Assembly (NCBI GenBank): GCA_946610715.1 | Contig: CAMOCO010000001.1 | Span: forward strand, 1-59,450 | Length of the DNA stretch: 59,450 nt | Source: an uncultured Clostridia bacterium | GTDB taxonomy: Bacteria > Bacillota > Clostridia > Lachnospirales > Lachnospiraceae | Direction: 5' to 3' | Shown: one piece after another, positions 58,628 to 59,450 of the stretch | Layout of the letters: each line of letters starts with the position of its first letter | Position numbering within the stretch: the first letter of the stretch is position 1 | Made by a program: the position numbers and the translations under genes | The notes under the pieces: generated by a model | The model's input: the letters and a program-made list of their open reading frames with translations, nothing else | The model's database searches: none | Told to the model about the DNA's origin: nothing

Positions 58628-59450
58628 ATGGCAAATAGTAAAAAACTACCGGTTACTTATCCTATAATCACTTCATGGCAGTGGCATGCAACGCTTTTCT
58701 CAATCCTGTCGGGAGACGATAATGCAAAGAAATGGATTTACAGTAACTATATTCAGCTCAGATGCTACAACATAGAAGAGATATTTACAGGTGATGATAT
58801 GCTTCTGGCGGATATCATGCCGGGCAGCAGCTCACTTAAGGAATGTCCTTATCTCATAACATCACTTCTTACAAAGCAGCAGATTGAGAGCTATTGCGGA
58901 AATATTATCGATTTTATCATCAAGACCATTGATCTTGACGGATATGTATATGGTGTATTTGATGAAGCAAAGATCCTCAGTGACTTTGATGTGGATTATA
59001 AGTTCCCTCATGAGCTGTTTATCTACGGCTATGATATGGATAAAGAGATATTCTATGTAGGAGATTTTACTTTCCAGGATAAATATTCATATAACACGGT
59101 TTCCTTTGAGGACGTGAGAAGAGGATATGAGGTTATCTCGGCTTCCGAAGATCATATGTTTAAGGATGATTATAAGGGTACAAGAGGACTTTTCGTAATC
59201 CAGAAGAACACCGAAACAGCATATTATGATGTTGATACTACACTTATTATAGATACACTTAAGGAATACCTGAGTTCTGCGGATACCAAGAATCATTTCC
59301 GTATGATGAGAAACAGATTCAATGATACAACTTTCGGTATCAAGGTTTACGATCGTGTTCTTGACAGAATCAACAAGCAGATGGAGAAGAAGGAACCTGA
59401 TTTTGATATCAGAGCACTTCACATTATGTATGACCATAAGGTTCTTATGA
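58628..59450 (+). CDS. BtrH-like / papain(C39)-fold protein, truncated by the window edge, absent from the ORF track
   Basis: AAGGAGG RBS; frame open to the window end (274 codons); FIIKTID.DGYVY...PHELFIYGYD...FYVGDF pattern. Alternative ATG at 58619. Confidence 0.65.
   Translation, partial: MANSKKLPVTYPIITSWQWHATLFSILSGDDNAKKWIYSNYIQLRCYNIEEIFTGDDMLLADIMPGSSSLKECPYLITSLLTKQQIESYCGNIIDFIIKTIDLDGYVYGVFDEAKILSDFDVDYKFPHELFIYGYDMDKEIFYVGDFTFQDKYSYNTVSFEDVRRGYEVISASEDHMFKDDYKGTRGLFVIQKNTETAYYDVDTTLIIDTLKEYLSSADTKNHFRMMRNRFNDTTFGIKVYDRVLDRINKQMEKKEPDFDIRALHIMYDHKVLM

Noticed and set aside
645-59437. Many short antisense or out-of-frame ORFs in the track (for example 3222-3932, 48348-49118, 59087-59437)
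   Set aside because: They lie inside well-supported genes, lack an RBS and have the Ser/Ile/Phe-rich composition of antisense shadows.

Overview
A 59.5 kb window of mostly core chromosome from a low-GC Firmicute, most likely Lachnospiraceae/Clostridia (inferred from gene content and order). Most genes lie on the + strand. Housekeeping blocks are tetR-RND-pncC-dnaX-ybaB-recR-pfk, lysA/pepD, trkAH, addBA-queF-folC, ispF, queH with a polar amino-acid ABC transporter, murC/dnaD-dnaC-prs, ilvE, wzm/wzt-uppP-rsuA, an ABC exporter with a two-component system, and rpmG-secE-nusG-rplK-rplA. No rRNA, tRNA, CRISPR array or transposase was seen. Three ORFs absent from the supplied track were added: a 51-aa protein at 32530, rpmG, and the edge-truncated ORF at 58628. 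The strongest leads are: (1) an acyl carrier protein and a BtrH/papain-fold protein starting an apparent biosynthetic cluster where rplJL normally follows rplA, with poly-T tracts in its promoter; (2) a cluster of DnaA-box-like 9-mers at the dnaD-dnaC-prs promoter; (3) a CbiK-like protein lacking both catalytic histidines, coupled to a small Cys4 protein upstream of trkAH; (4) a candidate C-rich sRNA; (5) a possible group IIC intron 5' remnant after a terminator. All family calls come from reading motifs, not from database searches.
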